IMG/VR virus record: IMGVR_UViG_3300032053_004772
Span: 1-64,000 of that record
From: a virus
Strand: one strand, 5' to 3'
DNA length: 64,000 nt
Positions within the stretch are counted from its first letter, which is position 1. Each line of letters starts with the position of its first letter. This document shows positions 47,347 through 57,203 of the stretch, in pieces. The notes below the pieces were generated by a model. It worked only from the letters and a program-made list of their open reading frames with translations, had not been told where the DNA came from and searched no databases. Both the position numbers and the translations under genes were made by a program.

Positions 47347-47547
47347 GTGATGAGCTTTCGCTGTGAAATCTGTAAGCAACCACAACCGGATCATACGAAG
47401 CCGGTTCGGGTTGTCACAGAAGAGAGAGAGAAGATCTATCCTCCGAGATATCGGAGTGATAGAACTCTCATCGATGAGGGTGGGGTTGGTACAGAGATCG
47501 TAAAGGAAAAGAGTCTCTGTCAACCTTGTGCGAGGAGGTTACAGTAG
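47347..47547 (+). CDS. zinc-ribbon protein
   Basis: CEIC...CQPC; AGGAGG RBS. Confidence 0.6.
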   Translation: MMSFRCEICKQPQPDHTKPVRVVTEEREKIYPPRYRSDRTLIDEGGVGTEIVKEKSLCQPCARRLQ

Positions 47548-48338
47548 TGAACGAACACGACTTCGAGGTGGTACGAGAGCCACTGCCTCTCTCGGACGGA
47601 ATCGACACTATGCACGACGCGATTGTGAGAGCTGACAATCGCACTGTAATGGGTGTTGTATCACGTGACTATCAGCTCGTGAAGCACGTTGAGGCAATCG
47701 ACTTTGTGCGGTCGATGTTTCCGGCAGAGACGTACAAGACGCAGGAGAAGATCGTTAGCTACGCCGGTGGTAAGAGGCTCGATTACACTCTCACGCTACC
47801 GACGATGCGCGCTCTAGTGGTTGGAGAGGAGTTCGATCCGATGATCACGGTGAGGAACTCCTACGATCTTTCCAGCTCGTTCTCACTGTGGTTCGGAGTC
47901 AAGAAGCTCTCGTGTGAGAACGGAGCGTACGTTACAAAGAGAGCGTATGCGGTGCGTCTTAATCACGCGTATCACAACATCGAGTTCGATCGGATCCGAC
48001 AACCAGTACTGACCAAGCTTGAGACTGTGGTAAGTCGTCTCTCCGATCGGTTGTCACAGATGGGCACCAAAGACGGTCTTGCGTATCTCGTACCTTTCAT
48101 CTTTGAGAGCGTCGTTGCTACGAAGTACAAAGAAGCGGTTCTCGCAGTTGAAGAGATGCGAGGCAAGATCGAGGTCGTTCGGGACGATCAGGATCGGATC
48201 ACGGAGATCAAACCGACTAGGGATCTGTTGACGGCCTACGTGGTGTGGAACGCTCTAACGTTCGTCGCGACACACAAGGTCGAGGCGATGCAGGTTCGGC
48301 GAGATATAGACGCGGAGATCGCGCGACTCTTCTTTTAG
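47547..48338 (+). CDS. DUF932-like protein
   Basis: R.D...GVVS..YQLV.H, NSYD.SS, C.NG motifs. Confidence 0.65.
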   Translation: MNEHDFEVVREPLPLSDGIDTMHDAIVRADNRTVMGVVSRDYQLVKHVEAIDFVRSMFPAETYKTQEKIVSYAGGKRLDYTLTLPTMRALVVGEEFDPMITVRNSYDLSSSFSLWFGVKKLSCENGAYVTKRAYAVRLNHAYHNIEFDRIRQPVLTKLETVVSRLSDRLSQMGTKDGLAYLVPFIFESVVATKYKEAVLAVEEMRGKIEVVRDDQDRITEIKPTRDLLTAYVVWNALTFVATHKVEAMQVRRDIDAEIARLFF

Positions 48339-48354
48339 GAAGAGGGTTACCTTT

Positions 48355-48380
48355 GCCGGTCTTTGTGAGAGACCGGCTTT
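48355..48380 (+). terminator. hairpin, possible terminator
   Basis: GCCGGTCT...AGACCGGC followed by only a short T tract. Confidence 0.45.
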
Positions 48381-48402
48381 GGGAACTGGTGAAGGAGGAA
48401 CT

Positions 48403-48489
48403 ATGAAGTGGTACGGGGTACTGCTGATAGCCTACGGTGCCTTCCTGCTGGGCTTCTTTTTCGCGGCGCTATTTCGGGCGAGTAGGTAG
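48403..48489 (+). CDS. 28-aa single-TM peptide
   Basis: AAGGAGG RBS; MKWYGVLLIAYGAFLLGFFFAALFRASR. Confidence 0.45.
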   Translation: MKWYGVLLIAYGAFLLGFFFAALFRASR

Positions 48490-48547
48490 AGTAATAAGGT
48501 AAAGTTGAAAGAGTTCTTTCGGTATTATTACTGTGATGGAGGTTTAG

Positions 48548-48775
48548 ATGGCTAAATTACTTCGGCAGGTGACGTTGCGAAAGGACGCGACTGAGTACGA
48601 TAGTGCGTTGACGCTTTCGATCTCAGCGAACTGGCTTACTCGGACGGGTTTGAAGAGAGGAGACTTCATCAATATCTATGAAGAGGATGCAAAAACGCTG
48701 CGCGTTACAGCAGAACGAAATCCCTTCGGAACGCCGGAAGAGATTCCACAACCCGGTCGTCGGAAGAGTGAGTAG
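48548..48775 (+). CDS. AbrB/MazE-like DNA-binding protein
   Basis: LTLSI..W....GLKRGD pattern; GGAGG RBS. Confidence 0.55.
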   Translation: MAKLLRQVTLRKDATEYDSALTLSISANWLTRTGLKRGDFINIYEEDAKTLRVTAERNPFGTPEEIPQPGRRKSE

Positions 48776-48832
48776 TTTACTAACGTCACCCGGAAACCGA
48801 AACTTCGTATATCTCTCTTCTTTCTTTTGTCA

Positions 48833-48882
48833 GCGAGCCCGAGATGTTCTCCTCCCACTCTCATCCGGGCTCGCGTTTTTTT
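48833..48882 (+). terminator. GC hairpin with T-tract
   Basis: GCGAGCCCG(A)GATG...CATCCGGGCTCGC followed by GTTTTTTT. Confidence 0.5.
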
Positions 48883-48888
48883 ACGTAT

Positions 48889-49335
48889 ATGATAACGCGG
48901 ATTCGTATTGAACTTAACACCGAAAGCGGACGCGTAGTACAGATAAGTGGAGCGCGACATCTTCTTCCTATGACACCCGCTGAGCGAATTCTGGCGTACT
49001 TCAACAAGGTTACCGGGAAGAAGTTGCGCACAACAACAAAGGAGAACATGCAACTTATCGAGGCACGACTTCGGGAAGGTTATACGGAGGCGGACTTTCG
49101 GCACGTCATCGATGTTAAGCAACTGGAGTGGAGGGGAACAGAGATGTATCGCCACATGCAACCACCGACTCTGTTCATTCCCTCACACTTCGATAACTAC
49201 TTGAACACACGGTTGGAGGATGTGCGACCTCAACGACAACGTGTCTTCGGAGACACGCTCACGTGTTCGAACTGTCATAATATTGTGTATCAACACGACA
49301 CTGTTTGTAGAACCTGCGGAAAGGAGCTCGAGTGA
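48889..49335 (+). CDS. replication initiator C-terminal (Phg_2220_C-like) protein
   Basis: I.ARL.EGYT..DF..VID.K..EW...P.TLF....FDNYLN; start uncertain (48844 or 48889). Confidence 0.7.
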   Translation: MITRIRIELNTESGRVVQISGARHLLPMTPAERILAYFNKVTGKKLRTTTKENMQLIEARLREGYTEADFRHVIDVKQLEWRGTEMYRHMQPPTLFIPSHFDNYLNTRLEDVRPQRQRVFGDTLTCSNCHNIVYQHDTVCRTCGKELE

Positions 49336-50201
49336 AGATCGAGAATCCGAATCACGTGGGTGAGCATACTCTCTACCTTATTGGAGGACAACGAGTCTGT
49401 GGTAGTTGTCGCCGATCTCTTCTTAATACGGAGAAGTGTCCTTTCTGCGGTGCTACGTACGATGAAGAGGAAGAAGTCGATAGCACAACAAGAATCACCA
49501 GAGAGCTTTTCGACAGACTCTTTCCGCAGGATGCTTCTTTAGATGTAGAGAGCGACTTTCGCACTCACGCTCTTCTCGTTCATCACTCTCAGGACTCTGT
49601 GAGTCCGAGCTCTGCACAATTAGATCGGGAGCTAAAACGTCAGCAGGCTGATCTGTTAAGTACATCAGGGATTCCTCGCTGCTTTCACGCCACACCCTGG
49701 GAACAGTATGTTTTGCATCCTGAGATGATAGAACCGGTTAGGTGGCTGCGCAGTTACGCTATGAGACCAGTACCGATGACGATTCTATTATTCGGCCCCA
49801 ACAACTGTGGCAAAACGATGTTAGTGAGTATGCTGTTGCGAGACATGCTACTTCAATTCGGTCCGGTGATCGGTGGTTACTTTCTAACGCCGTCCGAGAT
49901 CGTAAACGTTACGATGAATGCGTGGAAGGATACGAAGTCACAAGAACGATTGGATTACATTCGAATTGCATCCGTTGTAGCGATTGATGATATGTTCGAT
50001 ACTGAGAAAGCGTGGATACGACTAGAGGGACCTGCTTTGCCTCTACTCGATGACTTTCTTAGGTTGCGTATTCACAATCAACTTTCAACGTTGATCACGA
50101 CGAATAAATTGCCTCTGACGTTAGAGGAGACACCTGCGTTTAGAGGAATGATGTTTCTTTTGCGAAAGACGAACTTTCGAATTGTTGAGGTGTACCGTTG
50201 A
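49332..50201 (+). CDS. DnaC/IstB-like helicase loader ATPase
   Basis: SGIP, GPNNCGKT Walker A, IDD Walker B, TLITTN; N-terminal Zn ribbon. Confidence 0.75.
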   Translation: MKIENPNHVGEHTLYLIGGQRVCGSCRRSLLNTEKCPFCGATYDEEEEVDSTTRITRELFDRLFPQDASLDVESDFRTHALLVHHSQDSVSPSSAQLDRELKRQQADLLSTSGIPRCFHATPWEQYVLHPEMIEPVRWLRSYAMRPVPMTILLFGPNNCGKTMLVSMLLRDMLLQFGPVIGGYFLTPSEIVNVTMNAWKDTKSQERLDYIRIASVVAIDDMFDTEKAWIRLEGPALPLLDDFLRLRIHNQLSTLITTNKLPLTLEETPAFRGMMFLLRKTNFRIVEVYR

Positions 50202-51670
50202 GTGATCTCTTCGCGCTAAGTCGAGACGAAGACAATGAGCGGGTGGTGTTGAGTGGAGCTTTACGAGACGTTCTGTGCTACAAACTGTTCGTGGATTTAG
50301 AGGCGAAGGACTTCTTTGATGCTAAAAATCGTTGTGTAGCTGAAGCGCTGTTGCAAGCAGGACAACCGAGTTCTCTAGATCTTATTCTTGCGCTCTGTCG
50401 AAAGACTGTATATACGCAACCTACTCGAGAGGAACTTATCGCGTTGTACGGAACTGTACGCGCGTCTGTTGCCGAGTATAAGAAGCACATCGAGTTGATC
50501 AAGTCGGACTCTCGCAAGCGAACGATAGAAGACGAGTTGTTGCCTGAGTTGGTTGAGAGTCTAGCGACTCGTTCGATTGAGATCAGTCGAGTATCAGATG
50601 TTGCATTACGCATCAAAGATATCGCTGATGTGGGAGCGGGAAAGTCGTTGATCTCTACTGCAGCAGACGCACTTGAACAGTACGCTGCGGTAGAAGAGGC
50701 CCGACTAAACAAGCAGTACTTTCGAGGTACCGGATTCGCTAGGATCGATCAGCATCTAACGAGAGGATTCTTTCCCGGTGGTATAACCGTTCTTGCAGGT
50801 CGACCAGGAATGGGAAAGAGTGCAGCTGTAATCAACTCGATACTGCGTCTCGGAATTGGTAAAAATAGTGTTCCGGGAATCCTCTTCTCGTTAGAGATGA
50901 GTCTGGTCTCTGTACTAGATCGGGTTCTGGCGAGATTGGCTGGTATCCCGTTTGTTCGTATCGCGAAGCACTTTTCGGAACTAACTCCTACGGAACGACA
51001 GCAGTACGAGAGTGCGAAAGTGCAACTAAGAAAGAACACTCACGTTCACTTCTGTGATACTGCAGGAGTGTCACTTCAGTTTATTCGAGAGCAGATTCGT
51101 AGATTTCAAGTACGAACAGGACAGCAGTTCTGCGTTGCGTACGTAGATTTGTTCGGAAAGATTCGAGATCTACGAGAGGACTTTCTTGCGCAGAGTTATG
51201 AGCGAAGTCTGAATCAGATGCAGGCTATCGCTCGGGAACTCGGAGTACACTTCGTACTTGTAGCTCAGATTCGACGCGACGCCGAGGGTGGAAGAAAAAG
51301 CATCTGGAAAAATAGGCCAAGTCTGAACGACATTAAGAACTCCGGAGCGTGGGAGGAAGTCGCAGACTTGGTTTTGTTTTTGTTTCGCGCAAAGTACTAC
51401 AATCCGGAACTTGAAGATGATGTGCTAGAGATGCATGTGGCGAAGCAACGCGATGGATTGGCGAATGTTACGGAGTACTTTCGATTCTCAGCGGAGTATT
51501 CGATGATTCTTGATGAGGAGGGGTTGTTACCCTATGATAGACGGGAGTACTCGGAGCAAAATCGGTCGGCTGCTCGTACGCAGTCTTCTCAAGAGACACG
51601 AGCACAGCTCAGTAACCTTAGACGTAGAAGGTTGGCTGACGACGGAGCTTCGAGCAGAGCAAGTTCGTAA
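50198..51670 (+). CDS. dnaB: replicative DnaB-like helicase
   Basis: LAGRPGMGKS, FSLEM, AQI.R, RP.L.D...SG..EEVAD, KQRDG. Confidence 0.9.
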   Translation: MSDLFALSRDEDNERVVLSGALRDVLCYKLFVDLEAKDFFDAKNRCVAEALLQAGQPSSLDLILALCRKTVYTQPTREELIALYGTVRASVAEYKKHIELIKSDSRKRTIEDELLPELVESLATRSIEISRVSDVALRIKDIADVGAGKSLISTAADALEQYAAVEEARLNKQYFRGTGFARIDQHLTRGFFPGGITVLAGRPGMGKSAAVINSILRLGIGKNSVPGILFSLEMSLVSVLDRVLARLAGIPFVRIAKHFSELTPTERQQYESAKVQLRKNTHVHFCDTAGVSLQFIREQIRRFQVRTGQQFCVAYVDLFGKIRDLREDFLAQSYERSLNQMQAIARELGVHFVLVAQIRRDAEGGRKSIWKNRPSLNDIKNSGAWEEVADLVLFLFRAKYYNPELEDDVLEMHVAKQRDGLANVTEYFRFSAEYSMILDEEGLLPYDRREYSEQNRSAARTQSSQETRAQLSNLRRRRLADDGASSRASS

Positions 51671-52508
51671 ACTCGATGATCGCTGGTGGGAGTTGAAGTG
51701 TCTGAATCCCACCCACAGCGATAACAATCCAAGTATGGGGTACAATCAAGAGACCGGATCGTGGAACTGCTGGAGTTGTGGAGTCTTTGGATCTGGACCG
51801 ATTGCGTTAACCGTTCTCGCGTTAGAGACGAGAGAGGAGGAAGCACTCGAACGCGTTCTACCGTATGTACTAGCGTACGACTCGGAGCGGAGAGAGCGAA
51901 AGGTCGTACGACGACATCTGCTACCGGAGATGGAATTATTGGGACTTGTTCCTCTTCCCGAAACCGCTCAGAAGTATCTTCGTGAACGTGGAATACCTCT
52001 CGAGTTCGCAGAACGCAAGGGAGCGAGGTGGTCGATGGAAAACAGACGACTGATCGTTCCTGTAGAAACCGATTGGTGGGTCGGTCGTCGAATTGTCGAA
52101 GATCCTATGAGGCCGAAGTATCTCTTTCCGAAGTTCTTTCCTCGTACGACGATCCTTTACAACTATCAAGAGTACTCACAGAGTAAGGAAGTAGCGGTTG
52201 TGGAAGGAGTGTTCGACGCGTGGAAGGTAGAGTTAGCCGGATACCCGTGCGTAGCGACTTTCGGTAGCGCGGTAACAAAACTACAGTTGGAGCTTTTGAG
52301 AGCGTTTCATAGTGTTATCGTCGTACCAGATAACGATCTAGGTGGACAGACGTTCTCGAATGCTCTTTCAAAACTGCAGGTAGCCGAACTATGGACGGTT
52401 CTTCCGTTGAGGAAGAAGGATATCGGAGAATATGATGTGGAAGAAGTGTGCTCTATCCTTGCGACTAAGAAGCGATTTTGGGAGGTGCACGGAAGAATCT
52501 TTCGTTAA
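51534..52508 (+). CDS. DNA primase (Zn finger + Toprim)
   Basis: C.NP.H.D.NPS, CWSC, PKY, VVEGVFD, PDND; start uncertain. Confidence 0.85.
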   Translation: MIDGSTRSKIGRLLVRSLLKRHEHSSVTLDVEGWLTTELRAEQVRKLDDRWWELKCLNPTHSDNNPSMGYNQETGSWNCWSCGVFGSGPIALTVLALETREEEALERVLPYVLAYDSERRERKVVRRHLLPEMELLGLVPLPETAQKYLRERGIPLEFAERKGARWSMENRRLIVPVETDWWVGRRIVEDPMRPKYLFPKFFPRTTILYNYQEYSQSKEVAVVEGVFDAWKVELAGYPCVATFGSAVTKLQLELLRAFHSVIVVPDNDLGGQTFSNALSKLQVAELWTVLPLRKKDIGEYDVEEVCSILATKKRFWEVHGRIFR

Positions 52509-52528
52509 AAATATTTCGCTAAAGCCTC

Positions 52529-52557
52529 TTGATTTTCTTGAGTGAGTATATTATAAT
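52529..52557 (+). promoter_or_regulatory. sigma70-type promoter, third family member (TTGATT-N17-TATAAT)
   Basis: shares cctcTTGATTtt and tatatTATAAT with the 62-bp repeats. Confidence 0.75.
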
Positions 52558-52605
52558 TTGATTGAGGAGAGAAGAGACGGATTACAAAACAGAGTAGGAG
52601 GAGAG

Positions 52606-53127
52606 ATGAGCCCAACACAGGAGATTAAGTTCTTAGAGATCCGCAGACAGTATCTTCCGTTTCGATGTAAGACCGCGAGAAAGAATCGATCGCTCGAATT
52701 TGAGGATGGTATACAGGAAATAGATTACGAGATGTGGAAGACGTTCTCGCACGATCCTGAAGATCCTCACGTGGTGACCTATATGATTCGACACGCTCGC
52801 TGGTACTTGCAAGATCTATCTGTAGCTGCTCAAGAGAAGTACTCTTCTAGTCTAGAGGATGTCTCAGAGATGTCCTCACCGAGATTGGTTCATGAGGATG
52901 ATTTCGTAGAGCGTATCCTAATGCAGGATGTTGTCGATCGAGTGAGAGACTCCTTTCTCAAGGATCGAGCCGACAAGATTATGATGCGCTGTGCAAAGAT
53001 TATCGATCTGCTGCGAGAAGGTTACACCTCTGCAGCTATCGCTCGTGAGTGTGGCGTTTCCGCATCAGAGATCTCGATGGAGATCCGAGACTTTATTCAG
53101 CCAGCGTTTCGTGTAGCACTGTGCTGA
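52606..53127 (+). CDS. sigma-factor-like protein (region 4 HTH)
   Basis: EFED..QE region-2-like segment; GYT.AAIARECGVS.SEI HTH; AGGAGG RBS before ATG 52606. Confidence 0.6.
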   Translation: MSPTQEIKFLEIRRQYLPFRCKTARKNRSLEFEDGIQEIDYEMWKTFSHDPEDPHVVTYMIRHARWYLQDLSVAAQEKYSSSLEDVSEMSSPRLVHEDDFVERILMQDVVDRVRDSFLKDRADKIMMRCAKIIDLLREGYTSAAIARECGVSASEISMEIRDFIQPAFRVALC

Positions 53128-53406
53128 AACCGATGCTCTCCTGGTGCTCTTTGCGTCAGGGTGAGTATGATTGGCGAAGGTGTTGGAACTGCTTTGCGCG
53201 TGCTGAAGCTCGGATTCGCACGTTAGAGTGTAAAGTCTTGCATATGTCCCGTTACCGTCTGTTTTCTTTATACAGAGGTAATGGAGTCCCAGAGGCGTTC
53301 GGTTATTATAATCGTCTATTAGTAGGCTATCGTCAGTTGGGTATCGTTGTGAGACGACCGAGAAAGATCGTTGCTTTCAGGCTTCCGCGTACACTGGAGA
53401 CCTACG

Positions 53407-53574
53407 ATGAAGAAACCGATTCAGAGGGGATTTATCCAGATCAACAAGGATTTGAAGATTCCGGCGATTCGGATCTGCAAGTATCGGAAGCTGGCAGATC
53501 CGACGCTGTCTCAAGAGCTGAAGAGGAAGAGTCGTAATACGCGTAGACATTTGCGTCAAAAACTAGGAGGTTGA
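53407..53574 (+). CDS. small basic hypothetical protein
   Basis: GGAG RBS; ends just before queC. Confidence 0.4.
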   Translation: MKKPIQRGFIQINKDLKIPAIRICKYRKLADPTLSQELKRKSRNTRRHLRQKLGG

Positions 53575-53575
53575 A

Positions 53576-54235
53576 ATGCGTCGGGTCGTCTTGATTCTGT
53601 CGGGTGGAATGGATTCCACGACTCTTCTTGCTGTGTTGAAGTCAGAACACGATGAGGTGCGTACGCTGACGTTCAACTACGGTTCGAAGCATAACGAACG
53701 AGAGAATTACGCCGCGGATTTGCTTTCAACTACGTACGGCGTAGCAAACAATCTGATCTCTCTGCCGTTTATCGACAAGCTGTTCAGCTCCGATCTATTG
53801 AAGAGCGGAGAAGACGTTCCGAGCGGACACTACACCGATGAGTCACAGCGTCGGACAGTAGTGCCTTTTCGAAACGGAATCATGCTGTCGATCGCGGTTG
53901 GTTTCGCTGAGTCGATTGGTTTCGACTACGTCGCGTTTGCGAATCACGCCGGTGATCACGCGATCTATCCTGACTGTAGAGAGAGATTCGTCTCCGCGCT
54001 GGATGCGGCCGCACAAGCGGGAACGTATCTTGGAGTGAAGGTGGTCTCTCCGTTCTTGATGAAGACGAAGACGGACATCGTTCGGATAGGACATCGTATC
54101 GGAGTTCCTTATCATCTCACGTACTCATGCTATCGCGGAGGTGTTAAACACTGTGGTACGTGTGGCACGTGTACAGAGCGGAAGGAAGCGTTTCGAGATG
54201 CCGGCGTGAAGGATCCGACGGAGTATATAGTATGA
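53576..54235 (+). CDS. queC: 7-cyano-7-deazaguanine synthase
   Basis: SGGMDS, FNYGSKH, VPFRNG, YPDCR, TYSCY, HCGTCGTC.ER. Confidence 0.95.
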   Translation: MRRVVLILSGGMDSTTLLAVLKSEHDEVRTLTFNYGSKHNERENYAADLLSTTYGVANNLISLPFIDKLFSSDLLKSGEDVPSGHYTDESQRRTVVPFRNGIMLSIAVGFAESIGFDYVAFANHAGDHAIYPDCRERFVSALDAAAQAGTYLGVKVVSPFLMKTKTDIVRIGHRIGVPYHLTYSCYRGGVKHCGTCGTCTERKEAFRDAGVKDPTEYIV

Positions 54236-55215
54236 TTCGTTTGCACAAGAACGAGTACTCTGGAGAGTATCCGGATTCATCGTTTGAAGTGTTAAGACAT
54301 TACTGCGATGGAACACAACTGAAGAAGCAATTAGCGAAGTACTTCGGAGTGTTGGAGGAGTGGGTCGCTCTGGAACAAGGAGCGACTCTTGCTCTTGAAA
54401 GAATATTCTCGGAGTTTAAGGAGTCTCCGATTCAGATTCCGGCTGACGTGTGGCCGACGTATTTTACGATCTTAGAACACACTCATAGAAACAAGATCGT
54501 GCGTTTGCGTGATGTGTATCTGTCGATTGAGATTACGAGAAGGTTTGTGCAAACTCCTCCACGTCTAACGCCTCTGATGAGGGATGGATTGTTTGTGATT
54601 ACCTCTCCAAGTAATCCAGATGGAAGTTTCGTTCCGCAGTCAGAGATTGAGTATCTGTGTAACGAGAAGCGAGAACTTACTGTGTTGTTGGATATTGCGT
54701 ATCACGACTACGCAACGACGCCCTACGATATCTCAACGCTGCTGGCACGGCACTCGAATTTGATCCTGGTGTGGTCGTTCTCAAAGACGTTTGGTTTAGC
54801 GGGTGCGAGAGTTGGAGTAATTCTTTGCTCAGATAAAAAATTGCTAGGTAGTCTTTTTCTCTCTCCACTCGGTATTAACTCCTATAGTGAACTGCTGTGC
54901 TTGCAGGCGTTAGAGAAGCGTGAGTTCTTTGTAGAACAGGTTCAGCGTTTGCGAGGGAGACGCGATCGGTTTATCGACACCGTGAATCAGGAGATGACTT
55001 CATTTACAGCATACTACTCGGAGGGAAACTTCTGTCTGTTGAAACCACACTCTATGAGATCAGAAGACGCACAAAGCCGACTGCGCGCGCGAGGTGTAGC
55101 GGTCAGACACTTTCCTTCGACGATTTGGGATAAGTATTTGAGAGTAACGATCGGAACCGAAACAGAGATGGTGTATCTCGTTCATCAGCTGGAGGAGCTA
55201 GATGGAAGAGTTTAG
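54232..55215 (+). CDS. PLP-dependent fold-I enzyme (HisC/CobD-like aminotransferase or decarboxylase)
   Basis: L..NE start, SPSNPDG, DIAY, SFSKTFGLAGARVG, GNF, RVTIG; ATGA-coupled to queC. Confidence 0.8.
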   Translation: MIRLHKNEYSGEYPDSSFEVLRHYCDGTQLKKQLAKYFGVLEEWVALEQGATLALERIFSEFKESPIQIPADVWPTYFTILEHTHRNKIVRLRDVYLSIEITRRFVQTPPRLTPLMRDGLFVITSPSNPDGSFVPQSEIEYLCNEKRELTVLLDIAYHDYATTPYDISTLLARHSNLILVWSFSKTFGLAGARVGVILCSDKKLLGSLFLSPLGINSYSELLCLQALEKREFFVEQVQRLRGRRDRFIDTVNQEMTSFTAYYSEGNFCLLKPHSMRSEDAQSRLRARGVAVRHFPSTIWDKYLRVTIGTETEMVYLVHQLEELDGRV

Positions 55216-55822
55216 GTATCTCAGGGGTACGAGTCACGAGTGCGTAGACGCGTTCGAGGATCTCTGGTTGAAGACGATGCGGAAGTTTCGTCCGATTAGT
55301 AAGATCGCGTTGTTCGTGCCGTGTTCGTGGGGAAAACCCTATAGTCAGTCGTACATTCACTTCTTTATCAATCGAGAGTTACACAAGTTGGGTTTGCTGC
55401 ATCGGATCGATCGATGGCATGTGTCGAACGCCGGTATCATTCCAGCGTCCGCTGAACTAGATGGTATATCGAACGACGTTGGATTCTTTGCATACGATTG
55501 GGATTCTCGCTTTCAAACGGAGGAAGAAGAGAAGTATCACGTGCGGAGTACTTCTGAGAGACTATTGATGTGGAAGTCCTTCGTCGGAAGCAAGTATCCG
55601 ATCAAGTTTTCTTATCTGCGTCCTGGATCAAAGGGACTTCGAGCAATACAGGCAACACTTTCGGAAGTGACCAATCTTGCTCCGAATCCAAACAGACCGA
55701 GTGATCTTCCTCCACAGTGTGTTCACGATCCTGATACCGTCTTGATTAGTGCTATCAACTTGCAGTTTTTGGGAACATCTATCGAGCGCGCTTTGAAGGG
55801 AGAAAAGAAGTGGGACGACTGA
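55202..55822 (+). CDS. ArcS-like (DUF5591) protein
   Basis: LFVPCSWGKPYSQSYIH resembles the ArcS PCSxxKPYSxSxxH motif; downstream G.IP...E....YD. Confidence 0.65.
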   Translation: MEEFRYLRGTSHECVDAFEDLWLKTMRKFRPISKIALFVPCSWGKPYSQSYIHFFINRELHKLGLLHRIDRWHVSNAGIIPASAELDGISNDVGFFAYDWDSRFQTEEEEKYHVRSTSERLLMWKSFVGSKYPIKFSYLRPGSKGLRAIQATLSEVTNLAPNPNRPSDLPPQCVHDPDTVLISAINLQFLGTSIERALKGEKKWDD

Positions 55823-56424
55823 TTGCAGTGGAGGGCGCTGATTGCACTGGAAAGAGCATACTCGTGGAGAGACTGCTTCAAATGCGACCGGAGTTGTGTC
55901 ACACGGTTGAAGACCATCCGATCGATACGCACTTAGACGCTGTGGCAGATTGGTACGTGAATCCTGAGGATGAACACGTGAAGTTTTATCTATATCTTGC
56001 GGAGACAGTGCATCTGAGTGTACAGCATCGGAGTTTGTTACAGAAGTATCCGGGAAAGCATGTCATTCTAGATCGTAGTGCTTTTTCGATGCTGGCGTAC
56101 TCAGAGATGTTTACATTACCGATGTCGAGAGAGTGTGCAGATAAAATCCTTCGGACGTTCATCTCTACGATTCAGATGCCAGACGTCATTCTGTATCTTT
56201 ATGCTTTATCGGGTACGATCGAGCGACGATTAAGTGCTCGAGGTGATCGATCGGGAGTTTATGAGAAGAGGGCTCGGACGGATTCGTCGTTCTGGAATCG
56301 CTTACATCTCGCGTATCGAAAGTGGTTCGATCTAACGTCTGTAGCTGTAATACCGATTGATACCGACTCGTTAAGTATTCCGGACGTTTATAATCAGGTC
56401 GTTGCTATTTTGGAGGGTTTATGA
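55810..56424 (+). CDS. thymidylate-kinase-like nucleotide kinase
   Basis: IAVEGADCTGKS P-loop, ILDR...S..AY, PD..LYL, RL..RG. Confidence 0.8.
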   Translation: MGRLIAVEGADCTGKSILVERLLQMRPELCHTVEDHPIDTHLDAVADWYVNPEDEHVKFYLYLAETVHLSVQHRSLLQKYPGKHVILDRSAFSMLAYSEMFTLPMSRECADKILRTFISTIQMPDVILYLYALSGTIERRLSARGDRSGVYEKRARTDSSFWNRLHLAYRKWFDLTSVAVIPIDTDSLSIPDVYNQVVAILEGL

Positions 56425-57203
56425 GAGTGTGCTTCATTACTCCTCGGAAATACTTTCGTGAGTTTTGCTCCCGATACAGTGACTACTATCTGTTACTCTC
56501 TCACTGGATTGAGTCTGAGCGAGACTTGACACCCTTTCGTGATCGTTATGTGATCCTAGATAACGGCGCGTACGAGAACGGGAAGCCTCATGAGATCGAT
56601 CGATACGTTCAACTCATCGAACGCCTTCGACCTGACGAGATTGTTACTCCTGATGTACGCTTTGATGCGCAAGCTACCATCACAGCAACGTGTCAGTTTC
56701 TGAAGGATCATCATGAGTCTCGTTACAAGTATCTAGCGCCGGTACAGGGAACTAACTGGGAGGAGTGGACTCACTGCTACCGAACCTTTCTGGACGATCC
56801 AAAAGTAGATGTGATCGGGATCACGGATGTACCTGTAGAGAAGACTGTTCTGAGCTACGCATACGATAAACTACCAGCAGCGTTCTCTCGCGTGTACGCG
56901 ATGGAGTACTTGGATCGTTTAGGTCTGCTACAGAAACCTATTCACATTCTGGGATCGGTTGATCCGGCAGAATTGCCGTGGCTGCGATACTTCAGACACG
57001 CACGAAGTACGGATTCGAAGATCGCGTTCTGGAACGGGGTTTCGAACGATCGATTGCATCCAACCTCCGGTCTGAGACGAGGTTCGATCAAGATTGAGAG
57101 TATGACATGGGATTGGAGTGGTCAACTAACGCTGCGTCAGCGGCGTAATATCTTATACAACATAGCGGTATTTAAGGCATTAGCCGGAGGAGGCAAAAAA
57201 TGA
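56421..57203 (+). CDS. TGT-fold protein, DpdA-like DNA transglycosylase candidate
   Basis: ILDNGAYE, PD, PVQG, HILG, STDS motifs in TGT/DpdA order; que-gene context. Confidence 0.65.
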   Translation: MRVCFITPRKYFREFCSRYSDYYLLLSHWIESERDLTPFRDRYVILDNGAYENGKPHEIDRYVQLIERLRPDEIVTPDVRFDAQATITATCQFLKDHHESRYKYLAPVQGTNWEEWTHCYRTFLDDPKVDVIGITDVPVEKTVLSYAYDKLPAAFSRVYAMEYLDRLGLLQKPIHILGSVDPAELPWLRYFRHARSTDSKIAFWNGVSNDRLHPTSGLRRGSIKIESMTWDWSGQLTLRQRRNILYNIAVFKALAGGGKK

